Source: Octopus bimaculoides (taxonomy: Eukaryota). From it: a stretch of 64,000 nucleotides of DNA. The notes beneath the pieces were generated by a model. The model made no database searches. It had not been told where the DNA came from and saw nothing but the letters and a program-made list of their open reading frames with translations. A program made the position numbers and the translations under genes. Positions 28,101 to 41,313 of the stretch are shown piece by piece; positions within the stretch are counted from its first letter, which is position 1; each line of letters opens with the position of its first letter. The stretch lies in the NCBI RefSeq assembly GCF_001194135.2, contig NC_068981.1, positions 3,052,710-3,116,709 on the forward strand, given 5' to 3'.

Positions 28101-28974
28101 CAATTTGAACAATCCCCACCAGAATCATTCGATTATTTTTTGCCCTACCCTTAAAATTCCTTAAAGGGATTCCTTTTAAGAGCTATGATCAATTGGTAAC
28201 TCTCAATAAAGTTAAAAAAAAAAGAGCTGCAGTTACACACACACATAGAAGCCATTTCACTAATTTCCAAAGATTCACTTTGGCAATCACAGGCCTGCAG
28301 ATACACTATCTCCTCTCTTTGCCTCTTCTACCACTACTACAATGGCCTCTGCTCTTCTGAACTAGCTATCTGAGAAGTTTAATAAGGGGGCAGCTTCAAC
28401 TGAAGAGACACACAATATGGTCAAAACATCTCGGTATCTTGAATTCCCCTTACACAGGTGAATCACACGTGTTATGAATGCACATCATCTACAGAAAGGA
28501 AGTGTTCTCCCATGACATAAAAAAAAACGCAGGTGTGGCTGTGTGACAAGAAGTTTGCTTCCCAACCCCATGGCTCTGGGTTCAGTTCCACCATGTGGCA
28601 CCTTGGGCAAGTGTTTTCTGCTATAGCCTCAGGTCGATCAAAGCCTTGTGTGTAGATTTGGTAGACAGAAACTGAAAGAAGCCTATCAGAGTTGCTGAAG
28701 CATGGAACAAACTACCTGCATCAGTTGTTAGCTGCTGAGACATTGCATCCTTTAAAACCTCCATGCTTCCTGAAATTTGCCAACACTACACCTGATACCC
28801 TCCTCTCTATACGCATGCACACATGTATATCATGACTCATACACTGTTCACTTTCTTGACTTTTGTACATAATTCTATGTATTACAAATGCACCTTTGAT
28901 GAGTTGTAGCGCATCTGAGCACTGTACACAAGAATTTCATTATTATTATTATATGTGATGATGATGTATGTATG

Positions 28975-29028
<54 letters not shown>

Positions 29029-32000
29029 TTCTGTTGTGTCTGGGGAGAGTCATTTTCTTTTCATGCCTTAAAATTTAACACACTCACCATTAAAATTTCC
29101 ACTTATTTCTTATTTTTATTTTCCTAAAATTTTCGTTGCGTCTTGCAAGACTATTGAAAAGGTTGCAAGACGCAACAAAAATTTTAGGAAAATAAAAATA
29201 AGAAATAAGTGGAAATTTTAATGNNNNNNNNNNNNNNNNNNNNNNNNNNNNNNNNNNNNNNNNNNNNNNNNNNNNNNNNNNNNNNNNNNNNNNNNNNNNN
29301 NNNNNNNNNNNNNNNNNNNNNNNNNNNNNNNNNNNNNNNNNNNNNNNNNNNNNNNNNNNNNNNNNNNNNNNNNNNNNNNNNNNNNNNNNNNNNNNNNNNN
29401 NNNNNNNNATATATATGTATGTATATATGTGTATGTGTGTGTCTTTCTGTCTCTCTTTGTCCCCCACCACTGCTTGACAACTGGTGTTGGTGTGTTTACA
29501 CCCCCCATAACTTAGCAGTTCAGCAAAAGGAACTGATCGAATAAGTACCAGGCTTTCAAAAACAATAAGTACTGGGGTTGATTTGTTCGACTAAGATTCC
29601 TCAAGGCAGTGCCCCAGCCTGGCTGCAGTCAAATGACTGCAACAAGTAAAACATGAAAAACTAAGACAATTCTGCTGGTCAGAAAACAGTCTAAAGCAAT
29701 GTAAAAGTGGAAAGGGAGTTTGGGTTTTTGTAAAGGATATTCTTTCTTCATTGGGCTTGAGTTTGAAAAGAGTGAAATGTAGTGGTCCAAGCTGCTGTGT
29801 TAATACTAAGGCTCATTTATGAATGATCGAAGGGGAGATGATCATGGCTGGAACATTGATCATTTATTTTGGGCTGACATATCATTAAACATCATCATTT
29901 AATGTCCACCTTCCATGCATGCAAAATAGATGTTAAATAATGACAATGATGTGTGTGTGTAGATATATATATATATCATCATCATCGTTTAACGTCCGCT
30001 TATACCATGATCATCATCATCTTTTAACGTCCACCTTCCATGCTGGCATGGGTGAGATGGTTTCACAAGAGCCAGCCAGGCAGAAGCCTGCACCAGACTT
30101 CTGTGACTGATTTGGCAGGATTCTTACCACTGGATGCCCTTCCTAACACCAACCACTCAGCAGAGTGGACTCAATGCTTTTTATGTGACACAAGCACAGG
30201 CGAGGTCAGTTTTGACAAGATTTTTAAGACTGAATGCCCTTTCAAACACCAACGACCCAGCAGAGTGGACTGGGTGCTTTTAAGTGATTCCTGCACTGAC
30301 AGGGTCACCAGTAATAACAATTGTTTGCTATCAGAGGTGTGAGTTGTTCTGGATTGCAAGGCAATGTATCAGTAGGAATCAGGATATCATGGGGGGGGGG
30401 GGGTATGGAAATGCTACTACAACAGGTTAATGAAGAGTAAAGGTGGGAGAGAGATTAACAGTTCCAAGTAGACCCAATGGAAGGACCAACTAGTGAAACT
30501 AATATAGGTGACCATTAGGGATATGAAGGCAGAAAGAAAAAACAAACAGGACCAGAAATAGCTGCTGAGAAGTTGAAAATTATCCAGCAATGTAATAAAT
30601 ACACTAGTCACATACATGGTTAATTAAAAAGTACAGGAATGGGTCACTCTAAATGACTTGTACAGCAGTACCATCATCAATTGGCTACAAGAACAAAGGA
30701 GATGCTCAAGTAAGAGGCAATAAAGAGGAATGAAACTGATGTACCAGGTTATAAATGTAAATATAAAAGGAGTTGTAGTATGATTGATTAGGAAGAGAGT
30801 TGGTCTAGGAGCAATGGAGTTTAAGGTTTGTGCCAGGATAGGTATCATTGATTCCCTCTTTTTAGTGAGATAACTTACAGGAGAAATTCTTCACAAATTG
30901 CAAGCCACAATATCTAGCAGTTGTTGATTTGGAGAAGACCCTTGATAGGGTACAATGGTCTTTAGTCAGGTGATCACTAAAAAAAATGGGTATAGTTGAG
31001 AAAAACTGGGTATGAAGGGAATCAGAAGATGTAGTGTGGCAAGGGAAAAGTCTGAGTTGGGATGGCCATGAGGAATATATATAGAGGATGATGTTGGGTA
31101 AAGAAGTGTCAAGTAATCTAAATTGAAGGAACCAATGAAAAAGAAGGACCAAGGAAGACATGGAAGGAAGTAGTATAAAATTCATCTCAAGAAACTGAAC
31201 CTCATGAAGGAAATGATAAAGCATTGCAATAATTAGCAATATTCTGTACCAGAGGAAACCCGTCCAATCCATGCAAACACAGAAAAAAAATAGATGTAAA
31301 ATGCTGATAAAAGTGGAAACCTAAGATGCTCACCTTTAGTTGGTGAAGAGGCACTGGACTTGTTGGTCTGTTGTTGTGTTTGTTTATTGGCATCAACATA
31401 CTCCAGCAATTCATTAAACAGTAATCGAATCATTTTGCTACTCCACAGAAGCTGTAGTTGTTTCACAACATATGGCATGGCTTCATGTAAACTGAAGAGA
31501 GAAAATTAAAAACAAAAAAAAAGATGGAAATTACTATTTTTAAATCTCGCAATGAGAGATATTCAGCTACAGTACTTTGGAGTAAAGATTATTTGCCAAC
31601 ATAACATGGCAGTCCTGGTTTAGGACGAATGTTGCTGTAATTTAGTCCCAGGAGACATTGTCTCCAGCTGGCTATATGACATGATCTGTAATCTTTATAT
31701 TTTCGAACAAGGGAATCTAGCGCCCCCACTAAGCTCAAAACAATATCTGTGTATCACCAGCTCTAGCCAAACAATTATTCTGTGCTGATGAAGGGAAATA
31801 ACCTGAAAATTGCAATACACAGATATTGTTTTGAGCTGAGTGGGGGTGCTAAATGCCCTTGTTTGAAAATATAAGGACACAGATCGTGTTGTATAGCCAG
31901 CTGGAAACAATGTCTCCTGGGGCTAAATTACAGCAACATTCATCCTAAACCAGGACTGCCATGTTATGTTGGCAAAAAATCTTTACTACAAAGTACTGTT

Positions 32001-34206
32001 GCTGAATATCTCTCATTGACAGATTTACAGAATTCACAACATGGTTTTGATTCTAAGTTGCTTGTGACATTGGGAAAGTCATGAATATCACAACATTTAT
32101 AAATTTTGATTTATTATAAAGACAATTAAAATTCACATTTTCAGGGAAGAAGGAACAAGAAGTTCTGATTTATTGGGGAAATTTTTAACCTGGGTCACCT
32201 AATGAAGGCTGAAGGGTGTATCAGCCGAAACGTTGTGTTAACAACAAACAAGATGAGGACAAATATCCGTCAAATGTAAATAATGTTGATTGCTAGACAT
32301 TTAAGTTTATGGAAGATTTAAGGTCTGATGATCACAACATAAAAAGAAGGCACACTCATCATAACTTACAAACAAATGCACAAGTGCATTTACTACAACA
32401 AACACAAATTACTGACCTTTGGTCTGTGTTTTGAGAGAACCAGCCTAAAACAGGGTGCCACAACGTCAGGTTCGATTTCTTGCTTTGGACGTATTTTTTA
32501 CAACTGTCCAATAAATATATCATTACATTCTGAAAAAATACGAGCCAAGTAGATTTTGTGAGAGTTTTCAGCTCACTTTTGGTATTGTAGGAAAACAAAG
32601 CAAACATTTTAAATAATAAATCATACAGCAATAAATAATAACACAAAATTAGTGTAAGACTAGGCATGCCCCTTTGACCCACAAACAGTCAAGAAGGAAG
32701 GCGAAAAAATAGATAAATACAACCCTCTTAAGCCTGGCTATGGGAAATGAAGAAGGTGAAGATAGTGCCAATTATTGATGGTTCCTTGAGAACAGTATCA
32801 GAAGGCATCAAGAGGAATATAAAGGAAATTGGAATAGAGTGCCCAGTAGAACTGTTACAAACAGTTTGCCTCCTTGGCATGGACAGAATAATCAGGGAAG
32901 TATTAGATAGAAAAGATGGGCCTCAGCAAATATTCTGCTCAATTCCACAGATTTGCTAGTCAGTTGTTTGACCTTAACCAGTTGAGTATGTCCCTTGGGG
33001 GCTGGCCATATGTGCATCTCTGATCATGAGCAGAAGTAGTGGGGGAGTATCATAGCCATGTGTTGAGAGGAATTCTTTGGGGTTTGAATAACTCACCTTT
33101 GGAAACATGGGTATTTTGTTTAGCATCCTTAAACAAACCTTATTCAGGGACCTTTTGAGCGGGATGGCCTACTCGATCTCAAGAAAATTCTAACTGAGCC
33201 CCACCTGCGAGGTCATGCGCTGCTTGTCTTGATATGAGATCACTATGTCGCGCACATATGATTGTGATGCATGTGCCTGGTGTACCCTTATCTGACGGGT
33301 AGTCATGATGGGTATACTGGGCTTCATATATTTTACCCCAGTGTCACTTTGAGGGCATATACTACTCTCTCACTCAATAATAATAATAATTACCCTTTCG
33401 ACTATAGGCACAAGGCCTGAAATGTTTGAAGAAGGGGCTGGTTCTTATTTTATTGACCCCTGAAAAGATGAAAGCATTTGGTCTGGAGTGCTAACATTTC
33501 TCACCACCCTAAAAATAAGGATGATGGTTATTCCTGTCTTTCTATTATTCTCCTTTCTTTTCCAACTGGGGTATCCAAGGTATCTACTGTACAGCAAGAC
33601 ATCTGTCCTTGTAGCGCTATACCATTAATCTCTCAACTGGCACGAAGCCCCCTCCCTTCAATACTAAACTTACCACCACCACCACCTCTCAGCTGATGAG
33701 TTTTGTCTGGCAAATTGCTTGGTGATCTTGTTGGTGCTGATAGTAAAAAGCACCCAGTACACTCTGTTAAATGGTTGGCATTAGGAAGGGCATCCAGCTG
33801 CAGAAACCATACCAAAGCAGACAATTAGAGTTCCCAGCCTCACCAGCTCCTGTCAAACCACCCAACCCTTACCAGCGTGGAAAACGGACATTAAAGGATG
33901 ATGATGATATATGTATGTGCATCAGTGACAGAGACAGAGAGAGTGTATGAGACAGAGTCTGAGTTTCCCCACAGCATTTGCTGTTTATAAACAAAAGGTG
34001 CATTCAGAAAGGGTCATTTGTTTCCAGTTGTCTGTGAAACCATGTCTGGGCTGTTCATTTTCCGACAAACTGGAGGATTATTACCAACTTTGGAAACAAG
34101 TGAGAGTTGGCACCAGCAAGGGCTTCAGACCTTAAAAAATCCTGCTTCGATATAGTCTTGTCTGACACAAGCACAGAAGAGGTGGATGTTAAAAAGATGA
34201 TAATAT

Positions 34207-34241
<35 letters not shown>

Positions 34242-37200
34242 GTTAACATTTTTTTGTAAGTCCGGTAACTAATGTTTAAACAAAAAAATGAATCTTACCA
34301 TAAATTTTAAAGTATTTTCAACCAAACCCTGTGAAAAGTAAGAAACATTGTATCAATGAGCAGTAAGGCTTTGATAACAAACAAAATGTATTGATAACAT
34401 AAGCCAAATATATTTCACACTAAATAAACATTTGTCAATCTATAGTTTAACATTTTTTAAACAAAATACATAAATCAATGCAAAACAAACTAAAAAGCAA
34501 TATATAGATAAATATACAATAATACATTACGATAAAACTGAATGTAGATAATATGTGAAAATAATTGCTAATTAATCAAGCTATGAACTTAATGAAAATA
34601 GATTATATATCATATTAAGTAATAAAATTTCCATAACAATATTAGATATCTTAATACATAATATATGAATATTACTAATATATTACTAAAAATATAGCTC
34701 CAGCCACATTTAGTGGTCAGTACTTCTTTATACAGCTGTCACTATCCACATGCATCACATGTCCATACCAGTGCAGTCTTCTTTCTTGCACACTATATCT
34801 GATTCCTTTTAAGCACTCTTAATAACATAATAGAATAATGAAATTATTATATATGGTTTTGCAGGTGCATTAGAACTTGTCAGAAAAGGTTAAAAGAGGA
34901 AACGGAAAGGAGGAAAAATATCAAAGAAAGAAAGACAGCAATGAAAGCTAGAAGTACAGTCACAGTGTAGAGAAAAACAGACAGAAAAGCGAACATTAAC
35001 CCTTTCGTTATGTAATTATTTTGAGATGCTTTGTTTTCCTTTCAATTAATTTTAAATATAACACAGAATTTAGTAAAATAACTTAGTTATCATTAAGCTA
35101 GTGTTAGGAACATAATTTGTGACTAAGGTTTGGTGGAATATTTTGATTCAAAACTTAGGAAAACAAGACATTTGTACTCAGAGCCAGAACTGGTTTCAGC
35201 TGGGTTGGTAACGAAAGGGTTAAGAGTCATAAAACGAAAGGGTGCATGCACAGGTCAAGAGTATTGTTGGTGAATTTAGAGAAGCATGGAACTTTTCAAG
35301 AATGCAATATTCTAACAACTGATGTGAAAAGTTTATTCCATGCTTCAACAGTTCTGGTCATGAGAAAATGTTTCTGAAAGAAGCATACTTGAAACCCTAA
35401 ACAACTCTACATTCTTTTTTTTTCTTTTTCAGTAACTTAGCTTGTATGGATGAAGACACTGGAAAAAGGGTGAAAACTGTAAAAACTCACCTCAACTTCA
35501 GTATAGCCAAGATGTACCAGATTAGCTATAAATAAAAATAACAAGAAACAAAAATAGTATTTAATTGGTGGTGCAGGTATGGTTGTGTGGTTAATGAGTT
35601 TGCTTCAGGTTCAGTCCCACAGCAGAGCAGCAGGAGCAAGTATTTTTCTGCTATAACCCCAGGCTGACGAAAGCCTTATGAGTAGATTTGGTAGACAGAA
35701 ACTGAAAGAAGATTGTCATATATGTGTGTCTATGTGTCCTTGTCTTCACATGATAGTTGCAAGTGAGTGCTACTATCACACAAGTGGTGTCATTCATTTC
35801 TAATATTCGGTGAAAACATGGAAACATGTCAGAACTGGCAACAAGAAAGGTTAACAAGCCATAGAAAATTTGCTTCAACAAAGTTCAGTTGTGTTGTGCT
35901 CTTGAGCAAAGCACTTCATTTCACATTGCTCTGTGATTATTTCGACATCTGACATGTGGTACCTGTTGCACCTGTACAGGTAATGTCGATCTGATGAAGG
36001 GAGTCAGCTTGTCTACACAAACATCTGATCACTGTAAACAAATCATCTGTGTGGTTGTTTGGTAAGAAATTATCAAATTCTCATACGTCATCTCTAACGA
36101 TGGCAGAGTCCATCATATACATGTATATAAAATGTCATCATTATCATTTAATATCCATTTTCCATGGTGGCACAACTGGACATTTCAACAGGAGCCAGCA
36201 AGTCAAAGGACTGCACCAAGCTGCAATATCTACCTTGGCATCATTTCTACACCTGGATGCCTTCCTTAATGCCAGTATGTGGGGGTGGGGGTGAGTAAAT
36301 CCATGTGGTGAGCAGAGATACATGGTGTTACTTGCATTCATAAGGATGGATGGATGGATATATGTGCACAAACCTATATTCCCGAGCGTCATACTAATAT
36401 ATACTTTTGTTATTTACACCACCTGTCCTCGTCTGTTGTTATTTTTTGTATATTCTCCCATATATATATATATATATATATATANNNNNNNNNNNNNNNN
36501 NNNNNNNNNNNNNNNNNNNNNNNNNNNNNNNNNNNNNNNNNNNNNNNNNNNNNNNNNNNNNNNNNNNNNNNNNNNNNNNNNNNNNNNNNNNNNNNNNNNN
36601 NNNNNNNNNNNNNNNNNNNNNNNNNNNNNNNNNNNNNNNNNNNNNNNNNNNNNNNNNNNNNNNNNNNNNNNNNNNNNNNNNNNNNNNNNNNNNNNNNNNN
36701 NNNNNNNNNNNNNNNNNNNNNNNNNNNNNNNNNNNNNNNNNNNNNNNNNNNNNNNNNNNNNNNNNNNNNNNNNNNNNNNNNNNNNNNNNNNNNNNNNNNN
36801 NNNNNNNNNNNNNNNNNNNNNNNNNNNNNNNNNNNNNNNNNNNNNNNNNNNNNNNNNNNNNNNNNNNNNNNNNNNNNNNNNNNNNNNNNNNNNNNNNNNN
36901 NNNNNNNNNNNNNNNNNNNNNNNNNNNNNNNNNNNNNNNNNNNNNNNNNNNNNNNNNNNNNNNNNNNNNNNNNNNNNNNNNNNNNNNNNNNNNNNNNNNN
37001 NNNNNNNNNNNNNNNNNNNNNNNNNNNNNNNNNNNNNNNNNNNNNNNNNNNNNNNNNNNNNNNNNNNNNNNNNNNNNNNNNNNNNNNNNNNNNNNNNNNN
37101 NNNNNNNNNNNNNNNNNNNNNNNNNNNNNNTTTAAAGGAAAGAAAAAGGTCAATAAATACTTGCCATTACATTTTTAATCAACCATTTTGTTGCACAATG

Positions 37201-40200
37201 CGTCTCCATCTTTCCTTTAACTTGAAAATACCCTCTTCCCAGAATTGAGGTGGTTTCATGGCAAATACGTCGAAAGGTAAGCTACTATAAATTGGCACAA
37301 ACTTTCTGGACAACCCAATATTTAGTCTCATCCTGTGTAAAATCTATCCAGGAATATATAATTTAAAAATCACTTCTTTAACTTTCTAAGACATCTCAAC
37401 GCTTCTAAAAAGCAAACTTCGTTTGTTTGTTTACGTATATCATAATTTGAATTTAACAGAAATATATAAGTTTTATTTGAAACACTCACCTAAAAGGCAC
37501 AGAGCATAGTTTCCTTCTAATGAATTGAACACTATGCGAGTACTTTGTTCATTGGTTAATAAATCAAGACATCGTTTAAAGATACGATGTGTTACTAATG
37601 TGTTCATACACTGCAAGAGAAAAGCAAAAGGATTTTTTAAACAAAATCATGTAACAAACGTTTTGATGATAAAGGTTAACAAGTACATTGTCAGTGTGTC
37701 TGTTGTTCTTAAACGTCCTTTTTTGTCTTGTAGAATATGATGATGAATTTTGACAGATTCATCATCATCATCATTGTTTAACATCCGTTTTCCATGCTGG
37801 CATGGGTTGGATGATTTGACTGGGAACTGGCAAGCCAGGAAACTGTACCAGGCTCCAATCTGATCTGGCAAGGTTTCTACAACTGGATGCCTTTCCTAAC
37901 AACAACCACTCAGCAGAATGTAGTGGGTGCTTTTATGTGCCACCAGCACAGGAGCCAGTCAGGTGGGCCTGGAATTGATCATATTCGGATAGAGCTTTTT
38001 ATGTGCCACCAGCATGGGAGCCAGTCAGAGGGTACTGGCATCAGCCACGCTTGGATGGTGCTTTTTACATGCCGCCAGCACAGGAGTCAGTCAGGCGGCC
38101 CTGGCATCGATCACATTTGGATAGTGCTTTTTACATGCCACAGGCACAGAAACTAGTAAGAGGGCACTGGCCACAGCTACGATTTTGGTTTAACTTGACT
38201 CAACAGGTCTTCTCAAGCTTTTCTATTAAAGCTCAAGGCCAACCAATGTCTTGTGAGTGAATTTGGTAGATTGTGTAGAAACTCATTGTGTGAGAGTGTG
38301 TGTATGTGTCTTTTGTGTTTGTCCCCCAGTCCCCCACTACCACTTGACAACCAGTGTTGGTCTGTTTACATCCCTGAAACTTAGCATTCAGCAAAAGACA
38401 TACATATACACACAAATAAGCCAGAGGTAGTAGATAGCTTCTGTTACCTAGGTGACCAAGTCAGTAGTGGAGGTGGATGCTTCAAGAGCATAGCTATGAG
38501 GATACGAATAGACTAGGCAAAGTTCAGAGAGCTCCTACCCCTGTTGGCAACAAAGGGCCTCTCTCTCAGAGTGAAAGGCAGACCGTATGATGCCTGTGTG
38601 CAAACAGCTATGCTACACAACAGTGAAACATGGGCTGTGACTGCTGAGGACAGGTGTAGGCTTGTAAGAAATGGAGCTAGCACACTTCATTGGAAAAAAA
38701 TGAGTCTTAACATTTCCAGATGATAGGCCTTCATCAGAAGAAATAAAAGAATGATAAAAAGTGGCGATTTTTCTCATCACCATTCCTCATTCTTCTTAGT
38801 TTTTTTTTTGTCTGGTTAAGGACTATCAGCTGAACGTCAAAATACTTCCCCTGCTTTTTAAGTATTAAACTAATACATTTATTAAAACGTGACCCTCCTG
38901 AGTTGTCTTCTATTTGAGCTCATTGCACATTACATTGTATGGGATCTCGTATATGAAATAAATGTGCTTACCTCTTGAGAATGTGTATTGATGTGATAGA
39001 TAACTGCAGGAACAGACAGAATATGGAGGAGAAACATAGTCATAAGGTTCTCAGAAAAGTTGGATGCCAACAGTGGTCTGAAATCATAAAGCTTTGAGTA
39101 TTAGCATAAAGTAGTTTTGTAACAAAATACATACATGTGTGTGTGTGTGTATGTGTGTGCATACATAAACACATATATCATCATCATCATCATCGTTTTA
39201 CGTCCGTTTTCCATGCTGGCATGGGTTGGACGTATATATACATATATACCATCATCATTTTAACATTCATCTTTCCATGCATGCATAGGTCAGACAGAAT
39301 TTGTTGAAGCAGCCTTTCTATAGGTGGATGCCCTTGCTGTCACCAACCCTCACCTGTTTCTACTACACGTTTTCATGGAAGATTGGAAATGAAGGATGCT
39401 TGTATGATGATGATACTCATTCACAGTTATTAGGTGATATCATGACAGGGAGACACAAACACATAGACACATATATACAAACTTTTATACACACACGCGA
39501 CAGGCTTCTTTTAGTTTCTGTCAACCAAATCCACTCACAAGGGTTTGGATGGCCTGGGTCCATAGTAGAAGACACTCAAACTTCTTAATCATATTCACAC
39601 TTGTATGTACACTGTTGTGAAAAATGCTTTAAGCCACACTGCTCTGATGAGGGTAACATGGCTTTGCCTCATAGCTCTTTAGGAACTCATGTTATTTCAT
39701 ACACCTACATTATGGTTCTTTATTATGTAATAGTCAAGGAATATGCTATGGTTCACCCGAAACAGGTGTTAAGATACAACTGTTACATAAAAACCTCTTG
39801 TATATTTTGTATTTCATGTAACTATACTCATCAAATCTACATGTGTTTATCTGCCTTTAAATATATATATATATAATCATTATCATCGTCATCATTCACT
39901 TTCCATGTCCATGTTTGCACAGGCCAGATAGAAATTGTTGAGAATTTTCTATAGCTGGAAACCTTTCCTATCACCAACACTCACATGTTTTCCAAGCAAG
40001 GTAAGATTTCCCCATGACCAGACATGTTTTTACAGAAGATTGAAAATGAAGGACACAGGTTTTGGTTGGCCCAAAGCTACAGTTGAAGACATTTGCCCAT
40101 GGTGCCAGGCAGTGGGACAGAACTGTCATACAAGTGGGGTCGTTTGTTTGTAGTCTTCCACAAATACAAGTTATGAAAAACTTAGGCTAATATCATCATA

Positions 40201-41278
40201 ATCTGAGGTCCATTTTTCCCATGCTTGCATGGTCTTCTCCAGCACAGCACCCCAACATGTTTTGGTCCTTTGTCATCTTGTTTGTGAGATTCAGCCACCT
40301 GCAATCAGATGTCGCAAAGTCATTGCTAAGTTTTCTCCTGTGTAGATTCCTTTCATTTAGATTGTCCAGCACTTATTTATACAACTGTCAACTCCTACTG
40401 TCATCATCATATGGTTTCTACAGCAGGATGCCATTCCTAATGCCATAATGAAATAGTTTTAAACAAAACAGAAGATCTTCTTACCGAAGTGCTATAGTGA
40501 TAACAGCTGTGAGTGATGTATTGCTGAAGACTGGTTTGGACCGAGCAAGACCTCGAGTAAGAAGAACCTGGAACAGAGAGAAAAAGATTCAACTGTTGCG
40601 GAAATTAAATTGAAACTATAAAAGGATTTTAAAACTATAGTAATCCCTCACCATAATGCGGTTCACCTATCACAGTTTATTATTTAAGCTTACGTTGATT
40701 CCTCCGTGGTGTTGTTTTGCATTTATAATAAAATAAATATATACAAATTATGAAAATAATCAAAAAGAATATACAGTACAATACTGTTCCTACTTTGCAG
40801 ATTTTCACCTATCGCAATAGTCAAAGGATTATTGTATTCCACACTTCCATCATTCTTCATAGTTCAATGAATAATTATTAACCTTAGTAAAGACACACAT
40901 GGACCTAATTGCCACAGTTTAAATTCATTAAAGACTAAAATGCAGTTTTTATATATATATATTGGTGTGTTTACGGGCCCATAACTTAGTGGTTCAGCAA
41001 AACAGACCAATAGAATAAGTACCACGTTTGAAAACTTTAGTTTTGAGATCAATTCATTTGACTAAATTCCTTCAAGGTGGTGCCCCAGCATGGCAACAGT
41101 TTAATGGCTGAAACAAGTAAAAGATAAAAGATAAAAAAAAAATCAATTCTTACAACCTACCTGTATAACACTATAGAAACCTTTGCTATTCAGAAACCCC
41201 ATGATGTTATTACAAAGCTGATTAAGTCCAGGCTTAAGTGCCTCACCTGAAGACAAAAAAAACAAACAAAAACAAAGT

Positions 41279-41313
<35 letters not shown>

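Noticed and set aside
27914-28108. Intact mitochondrial cox2 gene
   Set aside because: Truncated, frameshifted, conserved residues lost, embedded in a nuclear intron; treated as a NUMT.
29088-29223. 61-bp near-perfect palindrome
   Set aside because: It abuts an N gap, so a foldback/assembly artefact cannot be excluded without reads.
34055-34249. Short ORFs with poly-I, poly-S, poly-H, YI or ER runs throughout the ORF track
   Set aside because: Translations of (ATC)n, (AAT)n, (TA)n and (GA)n microsatellites and SINE bodies.
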